Shown: positions 38,034 to 47,883 of the stretch, in pieces
Numbering within the stretch: position 1 is the first letter of the stretch
How the letters are laid out: each line of letters starts with the position of its first letter
NCBI GenBank assembly: GCA_965223155.1
Contig: CBDCVR010000014.1
Span: 960,001-1,024,000 of the forward strand
Reading direction: 5' to 3'
Source: Candidatus Multivoradales bacterium
GTDB lineage: Bacteria; Acidobacteriota; Thermoanaerobaculia; Multivoradales; JAHEKO01
Length of the DNA stretch: 64,000 nucleotides
Notes under the pieces: model-generated
The model's input: the letters and a program-made list of their open reading frames with translations, nothing else
Told to the model about the DNA's origin: nothing
The model's database searches: none
Made by a program: the position numbers and the translations under genes

Positions 38034-39323
38034 TCATGTCCTAGGAGCTGAGTTTTCCCACTTCGTCGCCGACGCTTCTGCTGAGCGACGGTAGGCCTGG
38101 AGAGTCCGGCAGGGAGTCTCTTTGTCTCTGGTCTCATTCGCGAGCATCGCAACGCACTCCTCGGCGACCGGTGTGAGCAAGTGGTCCGCTAGCCATGAGA
38201 CCACTGGCACCACAACGGCATCCCCCATTGCATGGTAGGCAGCGTTGTAGGCCTCTGGAAGAACGAGATCTGGAGCCCCCATCAATCTCGCAGCTTCCCG
38301 AGGTGAAAGAAGACGCGCCCTGACTTTTCGCTTGTCGATCACTAAGACCGTCTGCCGGCTTGAGCCACCCCGCGGCGTGCGGAGGCATCCGGCCACGCCA
38401 TCAAACCTGACCTCTGCCTTCTGCGACCCATTCCGCGTTCTCTTATACAAAAGGCCAATCTGTCGCGTACCCGATTTCAAGGCACTTTCCACCTTTGCCA
38501 CATTCAACGGAGTCATCAAGCTCAAGAGACGTTGAACCTGAGAATCATCGAGCCAACTCACTCCGCGGGGAGGGTCCTCCAGCAAGTCTCCAAAGGTCTG
38601 GACCTTTTCCTCGGTGGGCGGCAGCTTCCACCAACGCCAGCGCTGCGCAAGCGCAGCCGGCAAGGACTCGAAGGCAGCAATCACGGGCTTGGTTACCCAG
38701 GGGCCGTCCTTAGCTCCGAACTCCGTGAACGCCGAGCAGTCCAGCTTGGAATCGACCGCGACCACGAAGACTCGTGGTCGGGACTGCGGCACAAAACGCT
38801 TAGCGTCAATAACTAGGGCGCCGAACTGCAGGTCAAGAGCCGCCAGCGCTTCACACAGCCCAACGAAGCCGTCTCCGTACAAGAGACCGGTCACGTTTTC
38901 GAGAACAACCACTGGTGGACGCCGGCCACGGTCGAAAAGGTCTCTCATGATGCGCCAGAATGGCCAAAAAGTTCCACTCCGCTCGGCCGACATTCCTCGT
39001 CTCCAACCCGCCAGCGAAAGATCCTGGCACGGGAATGATGACCAGGCCAAGACGGCGTCTTCGGGAAGCGAGTCTGCCCTCACATTCGCGATGCTGTCCA
39101 GAACGAAGTGGTCCTCCCCAAAATTGGCCGCATAGACGGCTCTCTTCTTGGGGTCATTATCGTTCGCCCACACGCAACGCCAAGACTTACCCAGGCCCTT
39201 TCGCGCGAGCCCTGCGCCCGCAAAGAATTCGTAGAAGGCGAATGGCTGGCTTGCTGTCATTTCGCTTGCAGTGGGAGGTTTCGCGGGCCTTTTGTAGCCT
39301 TGTGTCTTCTTCAATCGTACCAC
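38034..39323 (-). CDS. dcm: DNA (cytosine-5) methyltransferase
   Basis: FFAGAG, FPCQDLS, LENV, PQSRPRVF, RLLSPREAARLMG, GDAV; start may be ATG 39260. Confidence 0.95.
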   Translation of the reverse strand: MVRLKKTQGYKRPAKPPTASEMTASQPFAFYEFFAGAGLARKGLGKSWRCVWANDNDPKKRAVYAANFGEDHFVLDSIANVRADSLPEDAVLAWSSFPCQDLSLAGWRRGMSAERSGTFWPFWRIMRDLFDRGRRPPVVVLENVTGLLYGDGFVGLCEALAALDLQFGALVIDAKRFVPQSRPRVFVVAVDSKLDCSAFTEFGAKDGPWVTKPVIAAFESLPAALAQRWRWWKLPPTEEKVQTFGDLLEDPPRGVSWLDDSQVQRLLSLMTPLNVAKVESALKSGTRQIGLLYKRTRNGSQKAEVRFDGVAGCLRTPRGGSSRQTVLVIDKRKVRARLLSPREAARLMGAPDLVLPEAYNAAYHAMGDAVVVPVVSWLADHLLTPVAEECVAMLANETRDKETPCRTLQAYRRSAEASATKWENSAPRT

Positions 39324-39450
39324 CCTAGAAGACGCGGTTTCACTGCCTCTTCTCGCGTCCGTGACGCTTTCCTGCCAAACCGTCGGAGCTGTCAGCTATC
39401 GCCTTGATACCCTGACGTCAGCAATCCAACTGTTGGGAAGGGAGGATCAG

Positions 39451-40113
39451 ATGGCGCGTGGTGGCTCTGTCATTTCGAATTGGCATGCCTTGGTCGACGA
39501 CTTCAACACGTCGAGCATGGACTTCTACAACGCCGTCGAGGAGGCGGTGCAGGCTCGGGAGGTCCCTGACGCGACCTTCTCGCGGGTGGAGTTCAAAGAA
39601 GGCGGCTTCGCGTCGGCGAAGCGCGAGTACCTGCGAATCGAACGCGGGAACGTCGCTTTTGACATAGGCGCCGCACCCTACGGGAAGGGGTTCTTCTTCT
39701 CATGGTGGCTGTCGAAGCTCGCTCCGAAGCACACGTTTCTGTACCTGCTGGCGTTTATCTTTGCGGTCTTCTTTATTCCGCCGATCCTGGCGTACCCGTT
39801 CCGCGACTCGTGCGGCTACTTCTTGGTTTTTCCGGTGATGCTGGTCGGCACAGTCGTCGGGCTCGCCTTCCTCGCGCGAAAGGAGGTCTTTGGGCCCGAA
39901 GAGAACATCCTTGCCATCCCAGTCCTGGGATGGATCTACGAGAAGATCTTCAGCCCGATAACCTATTACTCGCTCGACACAGCGCTGATGTTCCAGGAGT
40001 CGATCCGCCGCGGCGTCAACGAGGTCATTGACGGGCTGATGACGGATCAAGGGCTCAAGGCACTGACCGACGACCAGAAGAAGCCGACGATTCGAGATCT
40101 GTCGCGACGGTAG
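39451..40113 (+). CDS. Membrane protein with two TMs
   Basis: GGAGG RBS, two hydrophobic helices; 6 bp upstream of the large ATPase. Confidence 0.8.
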   Translation: MARGGSVISNWHALVDDFNTSSMDFYNAVEEAVQAREVPDATFSRVEFKEGGFASAKREYLRIERGNVAFDIGAAPYGKGFFFSWWLSKLAPKHTFLYLLAFIFAVFFIPPILAYPFRDSCGYFLVFPVMLVGTVVGLAFLARKEVFGPEENILAIPVLGWIYEKIFSPITYYSLDTALMFQESIRRGVNEVIDGLMTDQGLKALTDDQKKPTIRDLSRR

Positions 40114-40119
40114 GGCTAA

Positions 40120-43100
40120 GTGCTCGTCGACGCGCGCATCGTCGAGCTGACCCAAAGCTTCTACGCCTGGGAGCTTCGCGGTCGTGGCTGGGCCCGCTAC
40201 CCCCAACCTGTGGTTCTGGAGCCGGCCTTTCGGCCGTTCCTGAGTCACGAGCTGCCGAGACCGCCCGCGTACGACGACGCTCGACGCCCTACCCTGCTGT
40301 CCTCCCTTGCCGGCCTCGTCAAAGGCGAACGGCCCGAGGAGACGCAATCTCTGCGAGAGATCGAGGAGCCGGATCCGATCCTAGATCCGCGTTCGCCCGA
40401 GAAGGTCGAGCTCGCAGAGTTCGTGGTCGCCCTCCCGCAGGACTCCCGAGTCAGCAGCGGCGCTGTCGTTTCCTGGCTGCGGTCGCTATCGACGATCTCG
40501 GGACCGGCTTCGTTTGAGCTCCTCGGTGGAGGCGGCCGGGTGGAAGTGCGGCTGGCCATTGGCAATGCGGACGTCTCTCAGGCTCTCGGGCAGCTACGGG
40601 CCGTCCTTCCGGAGGCGGTCGTATTGGGGGCGCGAGACTCGCTCATCGAGCGATGGGTCCAGAACGACGGTGGCGTGTTCTCGGCGGTCGAGTTCGGTCT
40701 CGCCAACGAGTTCATGGTGCCGCTGGCTCGGTTCGGACCTAGCGAGGAACCACTGTTGCCGCTTGTGGCTGCCCTGGCCGACGTCGGAAACGATGAGCTG
40801 GGGCTCGTGCAAGTTCTCTTCGAGGAAACGCGAGAGCCCTGGGAAGACAGCCTGCTCCGGTCGGTTGTGACGCCGAGCGGCAAGCCGTTCTTCGCCGATG
40901 CGCCCGAGATCACTGCGGCGGCCAAAGAGAAGGTCTCAACTCCGCTGTATGCGGTGTGTTTGCGCGTCGCTGGCGTCGGTCGTGACGGAGACAGCGCCAC
41001 AGCGGTTGTGAGCCGCTTGGCCGCCGGCCTCTCGCACTTCGGCAATCCGCGAGCCAACGAGCTAATGCCGCTGCCGACCGATGCGTTCGAGATCCTCGAG
41101 TCCGATCTCCTACGACGCACGACGCACCGATCGGGGATGCTGCTTTCTACCGAGGAGCTCGCCTCGCTCGTGCACTTCCCCGGCGCCGGGGTCCGCGTGC
41201 CCGAGCTCTGGCGAGCGAGCGAGAAAACCAAGGCGGCACCCCCTGAGGTCCGCGGTTCCGGCTGCTTCATCGGTAGAAACGAGCACCACCGGGAAGAGAA
41301 CGAGGTCCGGCTCTCCGTCGACGCGAAAACCAAGCACGTTCATGTCGTCGGAAGCTCGGGCACCGGCAAGTCGACCCTGCTGGTGCGGATGATCCTGGAG
41401 GACATCGAGCAAGGCCACGGCGTGGGAGTGCTCGACCCCCACGGCGACCTCATCGCCGAAGTGGCCTCGCGGCTGCCCCAGGAACGGTTCACAGATGTCG
41501 TCTTCTTCGACCCGAGCGAAGACCAGACGGCGATCGGCTGGAACATTCTCGGGGCCCAGTCCGAGACCGAGAAGGATCTACTCGCCTCCGATCTCGTAGG
41601 GGTCTTCCGGCGTCTCTCGACCTCCTGGGGCGACCAGATGACGGCCGTCCTGGCGAACGCCATCCTGGTGTTCCTGGAGTCGAGCTGTGGCGGAACACTC
41701 CTCGAGCTTCGCAAGTTCCTGGTCGACGAGGCGTTTCGCAGGGAGGTGCTCGCGACCGTCGATGACGAGTATGTGGGCTCGTTCTGGGAGACGGAATTTC
41801 CGCTTCTGATCGGACGGAAACCGCAGGCGCCGATCCTGACCCGGCTAGATATGTTCCTGCGGTCGAAGCTCATCCGCCGGATCGTGACCGTGCGGGAGCC
41901 GAAACTGGACTTCCGCGAGGTCACTGACCGCGGATTGATCTTCCTGGGCAAGCTCGCGACCGGCGCGATCGGCGAAGACAACGCGGCGCTTCTGGGGTCA
42001 CTCCTGGTTTCGAAGTTCCACCAGGTGACGATTGCCCGTGAAGCTCAGGCGGTCGAGGATCGGCGTCCGTTCTTTCTCTACATCGACGAGTTCCATCACG
42101 TGGCCACGCCGTCGATGGCCTCCCTCTTCTCAGGTGCGCGCAAATACCGTCTCGGTTTGACCGTAGCGCACCAGGACCTCTTCCAGCTCCACAAGAACGT
42201 CCCTGAGGTCGAGCGTTCGCTCCTGGCGAACGCCTACACGCGGGTCTGCTTCCGGGCAGGCGAGGCGGACGCGCGGGATCTCGCCAAGGGATTCAGCTTC
42301 TTCGAGCCCGAGGATCTTATGGGTCTCGGGCTGGGAGAAGCTGTTTGTCGAGTCGGTGGCCGGGGTGCCGATTTCAACCTCAGGACTGAGAAGCTGCCGG
42401 GTGTCGAGCGGGATGAGGCACGAGCTCGGCTCACGGCACTGCGCCAGATGACCGCGGAGAGGTGGCGAGGTGGAGCTGATGAAACGGTGTCGCCTCCAAG
42501 TCGTGAGGAAGCGCCCAAACCGCCGCCGAAGCCCGCTACCTCCCAGCCGGCGGCGAAACCGCCCGCCTCGGCTGCCAGCGAGCCGACTTCTGCCGCTGAA
42601 CCGGAGACTTCCGAGGCTCCGCAGCCACAGTTGGACAAAGAGGCGCTTGACTACCTCGAGCTCATCGCGAACGAGCCGTTCCTCTCAGTCCGCGAGCGGA
42701 ACGACCAGCTCGGCCTTTCCGCTTGGAAAGGAAACCAGATCAAGAAGACGATCCTGGATGCGAATCTCGTCCGTGAAGTGCCGGTCAATCCCGGGGGGCG
42801 GGGGCAACGATTCAAGCTCTTCGAGTTCACGGCCGCCGGCCGGGATGTTCTCGCCGAGTATGGGATCGAGTCGCCTACCGGCTATGGCAGGGGGGGCGTC
42901 GCCCATCAGTGGTGGGTGAACACCATCGCCGAGTGGCTTGGGGAGCAGGGCCTCTCCCCCGTCGTCGAGGACGACTCCTCGGGTGCCAGGGTCGATCTCG
43001 CCTTTTCGGTCAGCCGCAAGAAGGTGGCCGTCGAGGTCGAGATGGCCGAAGGCCACGCCTTAGAGAACATCCGGAAGGACCTGGAAGCCGGCTACCACTT

Positions 43101-43545
43101 CGTGGTGAGTCTCCTGGATGACTCCGCATCCTTCAAGCGGATCCAGGAAGGTCTGGAATCTGAGACGGGAGACCTTCCTTCGAACGTTCGGGTGGGGGCA
43201 CTTCAAGACTACGCGGAGCTCCTTACCCCGCCCCTTATCCCCCACCCTCCTCCCTCTTTACGACGACCGAAACAAGACAAAGAACCAAGACGCCGCTCTC
43301 GACGGCGTCGGCGAGCCGCAGCGCCTTCGGCCGGCTCGAGTCCGCTCATGGAGCCCGGCGCTTTGACGACGCCGATGGCGGCCGACTACGTCGGTCTCAG
43401 TCCGGCGACGCTCGAAACGATGCGAGTCAGGGGTGGCGGGCCGGTGTTCGTGAAGCTGGGCGCCAGGGTCGTCTACCAGCGGGAGGATCTGGACAAGTGG
43501 TTGGAAGAGCGGAAACGAAAGTCAACCAGTGATCCGGGCCATTAA
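40120..43545 (+). CDS. Large VirD4/HerA-like ATPase with C-terminal wHTH, PD-(D/E)xK-like and HTH_17 excisionase-like domains
   Basis: KHVHVVGSSGTGKST, LDPHGDL, LYIDEFH, GARKY; Pro/Ala linker; HQWW...RVDLAF...VAVEVE; LTTPMAADYVGLSPATL...GPVFVKLGARVVYQREDLDKWL. Confidence 0.88.
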   Translation: MLVDARIVELTQSFYAWELRGRGWARYPQPVVLEPAFRPFLSHELPRPPAYDDARRPTLLSSLAGLVKGERPEETQSLREIEEPDPILDPRSPEKVELAEFVVALPQDSRVSSGAVVSWLRSLSTISGPASFELLGGGGRVEVRLAIGNADVSQALGQLRAVLPEAVVLGARDSLIERWVQNDGGVFSAVEFGLANEFMVPLARFGPSEEPLLPLVAALADVGNDELGLVQVLFEETREPWEDSLLRSVVTPSGKPFFADAPEITAAAKEKVSTPLYAVCLRVAGVGRDGDSATAVVSRLAAGLSHFGNPRANELMPLPTDAFEILESDLLRRTTHRSGMLLSTEELASLVHFPGAGVRVPELWRASEKTKAAPPEVRGSGCFIGRNEHHREENEVRLSVDAKTKHVHVVGSSGTGKSTLLVRMILEDIEQGHGVGVLDPHGDLIAEVASRLPQERFTDVVFFDPSEDQTAIGWNILGAQSETEKDLLASDLVGVFRRLSTSWGDQMTAVLANAILVFLESSCGGTLLELRKFLVDEAFRREVLATVDDEYVGSFWETEFPLLIGRKPQAPILTRLDMFLRSKLIRRIVTVREPKLDFREVTDRGLIFLGKLATGAIGEDNAALLGSLLVSKFHQVTIAREAQAVEDRRPFFLYIDEFHHVATPSMASLFSGARKYRLGLTVAHQDLFQLHKNVPEVERSLLANAYTRVCFRAGEADARDLAKGFSFFEPEDLMGLGLGEAVCRVGGRGADFNLRTEKLPGVERDEARARLTALRQMTAERWRGGADETVSPPSREEAPKPPPKPATSQPAAKPPASAASEPTSAAEPETSEAPQPQLDKEALDYLELIANEPFLSVRERNDQLGLSAWKGNQIKKTILDANLVREVPVNPGGRGQRFKLFEFTAAGRDVLAEYGIESPTGYGRGGVAHQWWVNTIAEWLGEQGLSPVVEDDSSGARVDLAFSVSRKKVAVEVEMAEGHALENIRKDLEAGYHFVVSLLDDSASFKRIQEGLESETGDLPSNVRVGALQDYAELLTPPLIPHPPPSLRRPKQDKEPRRRSRRRRRAAAPSAGSSPLMEPGALTTPMAADYVGLSPATLETMRVRGGGPVFVKLGARVVYQREDLDKWLEERKRKSTSDPGH

Positions 43546-43583
43546 GTACCTAGGACGGATAGACTGTCTATGGAAACTCCCCG

Positions 43584-44786
43584 ATGTCGCTAAGTGAGCT
43601 TTGGAGCAACTCGCCCGAGCAGTTCGAAGGCAAACGCCTGAGCCAGATCATTGCCTTTGCAGGCACGGGCAAGCTCAGCGACAAGTCGCCCGAAGCCAAC
43701 GAATTTCGAGAGTTCCTCTCCCACATACCCTCCAAGTTGTTGGCCTCATTTGCAGAGGAGTGCCTGCAGGGTGGCTTCAAGATGAGCGGTCTGGCACTTC
43801 AGGACATCGTCAACCAGGTCGGAAGGCGCTTGGGCTTCAACGTCGAGGACGGCCGTTATCGGGGCGTCAAAGGCCAGATCGGTTTCGATGGCATCTGGAG
43901 AACCGAGGACGGTCATGCAGTTGTGATCGAGGTCAAGACCACCGATGCTTACCGTATGGACTTGGGTGTCCCGGCAGGCTACCGGCAAGCCCTGATCGAG
44001 GCCGGCTCCATCAAGGAGGCCAGTTCTTCCATTCTCTTTGTTGTGGGCCGCGAGGACACTGGAGATTTGGAGGCTCAGATCCGAGGATCAAAACACGCCT
44101 GGGATATTCGAGTCATCAGCGTGGACGCCCTGCTAAAACTGATGAAGCTCCGAGAAGAGCTTGAGGACCCCCTTATCGTCCAGAAGATCGGCACGATCCT
44201 GACTCCACAGGAGTACACACGAGTAGACGGCATTATCGACGTGGTCTTTCTTACTGCAGAGGACGTTAAGGAAGAAACCGATCCCGAGGATGCCGAGGAC
44301 TCGGCAGTGACCAAGACAAGGTCTCCAGTCGCATTCAACGCCGAGTGCGTTGAACGCGTACAGAAACATCTCGGTCGAAACCTCATCAAGCAGTCACGGG
44401 TTAGCTGGCGATCTCCAGACGGACGTCTGGCCGTCTTGTGTACTGTCTCTCGGGCATACGAGCAACCGGGAATAGTCGGGTATTGGTACGCTTATCACCC
44501 CCACCAGAGAGAGTTCCTCGGCAACGCAGAGAAGGCATTCGCAGCATTCGGGTGCGGCTCGAAGGACATCGTTCTTCTTATCCCAAAAGACGCTCTCGAC
44601 GGTTGGCTAGACGGTCTCCACACGACTACTCGCGATGATGGTAGGAGCTATTGGCACGTGCGGATTCAGAACGAAGGAGGCAAGTTCCGCCTCCTCCGCA
44701 GGGCAGGCTTTGAGTCGGTTGACCTGACTGCGTACTTACTTCCGCCCACGGTCGAAGCCGAGGCGAATGCCGGCCGAAAAGACTGA
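43584..44786 (+). CDS. Mrr-like PD-(D/E)xK restriction endonuclease domain protein
   Basis: LQDIVNQVGRRLGF...FDGIW...VIEVKT; second C-terminal domain. Confidence 0.7.
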   Translation: MSLSELWSNSPEQFEGKRLSQIIAFAGTGKLSDKSPEANEFREFLSHIPSKLLASFAEECLQGGFKMSGLALQDIVNQVGRRLGFNVEDGRYRGVKGQIGFDGIWRTEDGHAVVIEVKTTDAYRMDLGVPAGYRQALIEAGSIKEASSSILFVVGREDTGDLEAQIRGSKHAWDIRVISVDALLKLMKLREELEDPLIVQKIGTILTPQEYTRVDGIIDVVFLTAEDVKEETDPEDAEDSAVTKTRSPVAFNAECVERVQKHLGRNLIKQSRVSWRSPDGRLAVLCTVSRAYEQPGIVGYWYAYHPHQREFLGNAEKAFAAFGCGSKDIVLLIPKDALDGWLDGLHTTTRDDGRSYWHVRIQNEGGKFRLLRRAGFESVDLTAYLLPPTVEAEANAGRKD

Positions 44787-44792
44787 CCCTGA

Positions 44793-44807
44793 TTGCTATT
44801 TGATTGC
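44793..44807. repeat. Candidate integrase arm-type site
   Basis: Identical to 17244-17258. Confidence 0.7.
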
Positions 44808-44857
44808 CAGAACCAGAACGAGGCACCTCGCGGCGCCTCGTAAACTACTGATTCTAT

Positions 44858-44933
<76 letters not shown>

Positions 44934-45118
44934 AGGTCCCGTTGCGCGGGTAGGCCCTCGTTTGAGGGAGCGTGAGTGTAGCCGCGGCTCGCGCGGGGTG
45001 TCAATGATTCGTGGATGTCCGGTCGCGCCCGCCTACCGCGACACGGCGGCCCCTCGCTCGCCCGCCGCCGATCCCCCACCGGCCTGCTGCCGGCCGCTCG
45101 GTGCTGCCTACCGGTTTC

Positions 45119-45604
45119 CTACCACGTCGCCCCGCCTGCGGGCGGGGGCCAGGCCGCTTGGATTCTGCGCAGAAGCGCAATCTGACCGATGTGGTAGCTG
45201 TTGTGGTTGGCGATGAGTTGCAGAATTTCGACGGCGCTCTTCTCGCCGACCTGTTCGGTGAGGTCACCCCGGTCGACCCGCTCCCGGAAGGCCGCGAGAC
45301 CTTCTCGAAACCGGGCCACGGCCTGCTGCCATTCGGCCTCGTCCGCCGGGACCGCGGTTCCCGGCCAACTGAGCGCCGCGTGCTCCGGTGTCGCGGGCTT
45401 GTCGCCCGCCAGCCAGGCCAGGGCGAAGTCGTGCCAGTAGATCAGGTGGTTGACGGTCTGGAAGATGGTGTGGGGACTGCCGGGCACGAAGGCTCCCGCT
45501 TGCTCGGGGGTCAGGCCGTCCAGGCTTTCGGCGGTCTCGGCGTGGGCGCCGCGCCCGGTCAAGGCATCCGAGAAGGCTTTCTGAAACTTCGCTTCGTCGC
45601 TCAT
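45119..45604 (-). CDS. DinB/YfiT family protein
   Basis: HTIFQTVNHL and HNSYHIGQI His motifs. Confidence 0.88.
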   Translation of the reverse strand: MSDEAKFQKAFSDALTGRGAHAETAESLDGLTPEQAGAFVPGSPHTIFQTVNHLIYWHDFALAWLAGDKPATPEHAALSWPGTAVPADEAEWQQAVARFREGLAAFRERVDRGDLTEQVGEKSAVEILQLIANHNSYHIGQIALLRRIQAAWPPPAGGATW

Positions 45605-45841
45605 GGTTCTCCTCGCAGCTGTCGGGAATTCGCAGGTCCGCGTCGGAGTGATTCTACGCGCACGCGAGTTGGCCTGCCCGGGCTCTGCTCGCGCCGCCCA
45701 GGAAGGCCCTGGCTCTCCTTCAAGAGTCCTACGGAGCGGTCCGGAGTGAAACCCGACCGTCCCGGCCTGTTGACCGGATCTCGGCCTGGCCTCGTCCTGG
45801 CCTCAGCCCGGCCTCGTCCCAAACTCGGCGCGAAGACTCGC

Positions 45842-47074
45842 CTAGACCGGGCGCGCGGCCGATCGGTCCCGGGGCCGCGTGGCCGCCGAGAGGTCTTGCC
45901 CGGCCAGCATCCTCTGGATCTCAGACTTCAAGTCGTCGAGGCCGGCGCCGGTGCGGGCGGAGACGACGACGGCGTCGGCGGTGTCGCTCGCCGTGGCTTC
46001 CCAGAGGTCGCTCTTGTTGAAGACGGTCAGGATGCGGTTGCGGTCGACTTCGAGGTCGTCGAGAAGGGCTTCGCCGACTTCCATCTGTTCGTGCCACTTG
46101 GGGTGGCCGCGGTCGATGACGTGGAGGACGACGTCGGCGTGGGCGATCTCTTCCAAGGTGCTGCGAAAGGACGCCACGAGGTGATGCGGGAGCTTGCGAA
46201 TGAAGCCCACGGTGTCGGCGAAAACGGCGGTCTCCGAGCCGCCGTTGACACCGATCGAGCCGCGCCGAAGGCGTGGGTCGAGGGTGGCGAAGAGCTTGTC
46301 CTCGGCCTTGACGCCGGCGCGGGTCAGACGGTTGAAGAGGGTTGACTTGCCGGCGTTGGTGTAGCCGGCGAGCGCGATGACCGGGGCCTGGCGCCGGCCG
46401 CGGCGCTGGATGTCCCGGGTCTTTTCGATCTTGGCGAGTTCCTTGCCGAGCTGTTTGATGCGGGTCCGGAGCATGCGCCGGTCGGCCTCGAGCTGGGTCT
46501 CGCCCTCACCGCCGCGCACGCCGATGCCGCCAACCTGCCGCGACAGGTGGGTCCAACGCCGGGTCAGCCGCGGCAGAAGGTAGTTGAGACGCGCGAGCTC
46601 GACTTGGGTGCGAGCCTCGCGGGTGCGGGCACGGAGCTGGAAGAGATCCAAGATGAGGGCGCTCCGGTCCAGGACCGGACGGTCCAGGATCTCTTCGAGC
46701 TTCTTGACCTGGCTGGGGCTCAAATCGTCGTCGAAGATGACGACGTCGGCGGCGAAGCCGGCATCCGAGGCGCCCGGACCCGAGCCGTTCGCGCTCTCGG
46801 TCTTGTCCGAGGCGCCATTGGAGTAGGCCGCCGCCAGCTCCGCGGCCTTGCCCGGCCCGATGAAGGTCTTGGGATGGGGCGCGCGCCGGCGTTGCAGGCC
46901 CCGGCCGACGACCTGGTACTCGGCGCTCCGGGCCAGCTCGGCGAGCTCGTCCAGATGCTCTTCGACCTCCAGGACCGCCTGGCCCTCGCGCACCAGTCCC
47001 ATGAGAAAGGCTTTCTGGCGCTCCGCCGGCTTCCCGGGAGCGCGCCGTTGGGATCGGCCCGCGGATTCCGTCAA
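45842..47074 (-). CDS. hflX: GTPase HflX
   Basis: QVELARLNYLLPRL, GETQLEADRR, GYTNAGKST, LFATLD, DTVGFI, NKSD. Confidence 0.97.
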   Translation of the reverse strand: MTESAGRSQRRAPGKPAERQKAFLMGLVREGQAVLEVEEHLDELAELARSAEYQVVGRGLQRRRAPHPKTFIGPGKAAELAAAYSNGASDKTESANGSGPGASDAGFAADVVIFDDDLSPSQVKKLEEILDRPVLDRSALILDLFQLRARTREARTQVELARLNYLLPRLTRRWTHLSRQVGGIGVRGGEGETQLEADRRMLRTRIKQLGKELAKIEKTRDIQRRGRRQAPVIALAGYTNAGKSTLFNRLTRAGVKAEDKLFATLDPRLRRGSIGVNGGSETAVFADTVGFIRKLPHHLVASFRSTLEEIAHADVVLHVIDRGHPKWHEQMEVGEALLDDLEVDRNRILTVFNKSDLWEATASDTADAVVVSARTGAGLDDLKSEIQRMLAGQDLSAATRPRDRSAARPV

Positions 47075-47083
47075 GGGGGACCG

Positions 47084-47785
47084 CTAGAAGTGAATCGAAA
47101 GACCCGCGTGGCCGGCAACCACCGTGTCGATCGAGTCGAGGTTGGCGAAGTGACCGGAGAGCTCGACCAGGAGTCCGACCTTCTCGGTAAAGAGAAACTC
47201 GCCGGTGATCCCCAGGACCAGACCGACGCTGGTCTCTTCTTCGCGCGGCAGCAAGAGCACGGGTTGGCCGTCGAAGCGGTAGAAGCCCAGCCCCAGGTAG
47301 AGACCCGACTCGTAGAAGCTTTCGGTGAAGCGGTACTCGCCGGCCAGGGTCAGGTACTCGACAGTGGCGTCGCGGAGCCCCGCGATGACCTCGTCACCGA
47401 AGTCGATCTCGCCGCCGCGCAGACCGATCAGGAGCTGGTCTTCGGGCTGAACCGAAAATCCGAGTTGGATCGAGGAGTTGGAAAGCCCCGGATCGTCTTC
47501 GTCGAGGGCGCCGCCGATGCCGGCCAGCAGGTTGAGGCCGTAGGTGAGCGAGCCTTGCGCGTGGGCGGCTCCGGGCAGTAGGCAGAAGACGGCAAGCGCC
47601 GCCAGGAAGGCCGCCAGAGACGGTCGAGCCACCCGAGGAGATCTCGACTTCGACTCCCCGCGGCATGTCGAAGCCGCATGACGGCAACGGCTCCCGCCGG
47701 CCCGGTTCGCGGGCGTCGGCGTTTCGATACCCTGGCTGCGCTGAATGCTCTGGCGGCTCTGGAGGGTCGGGTGCAGTCTCGACAA
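47084..47785 (-). CDS. Outer-membrane beta-barrel protein
   Basis: Signal peptide ending AHA, alternating beta strands, terminal Phe; true start may be GTG 47632. Confidence 0.75.
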   Translation of the reverse strand: MSRLHPTLQSRQSIQRSQGIETPTPANRAGGSRCRHAASTCRGESKSRSPRVARPSLAAFLAALAVFCLLPGAAHAQGSLTYGLNLLAGIGGALDEDDPGLSNSSIQLGFSVQPEDQLLIGLRGGEIDFGDEVIAGLRDATVEYLTLAGEYRFTESFYESGLYLGLGFYRFDGQPVLLLPREEETSVGLVLGITGEFLFTEKVGLLVELSGHFANLDSIDTVVAGHAGLSIHF

Positions 47786-47883
47786 CAGGGGTACTCCTTC
47801 GGGTGCCTCAGCTGATACGGCCCACGGGACCGTTTCGTCTACGAGCGTGAGTATAGCCGGGTCTCATCGCGTCTCTAGAGAGT

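Noticed and set aside
31899-39323. DISARM class II
   Set aside because: An m5C MTase and a helicase are present, but no DUF1998 (DrmB) or PLD (DrmC) genes.
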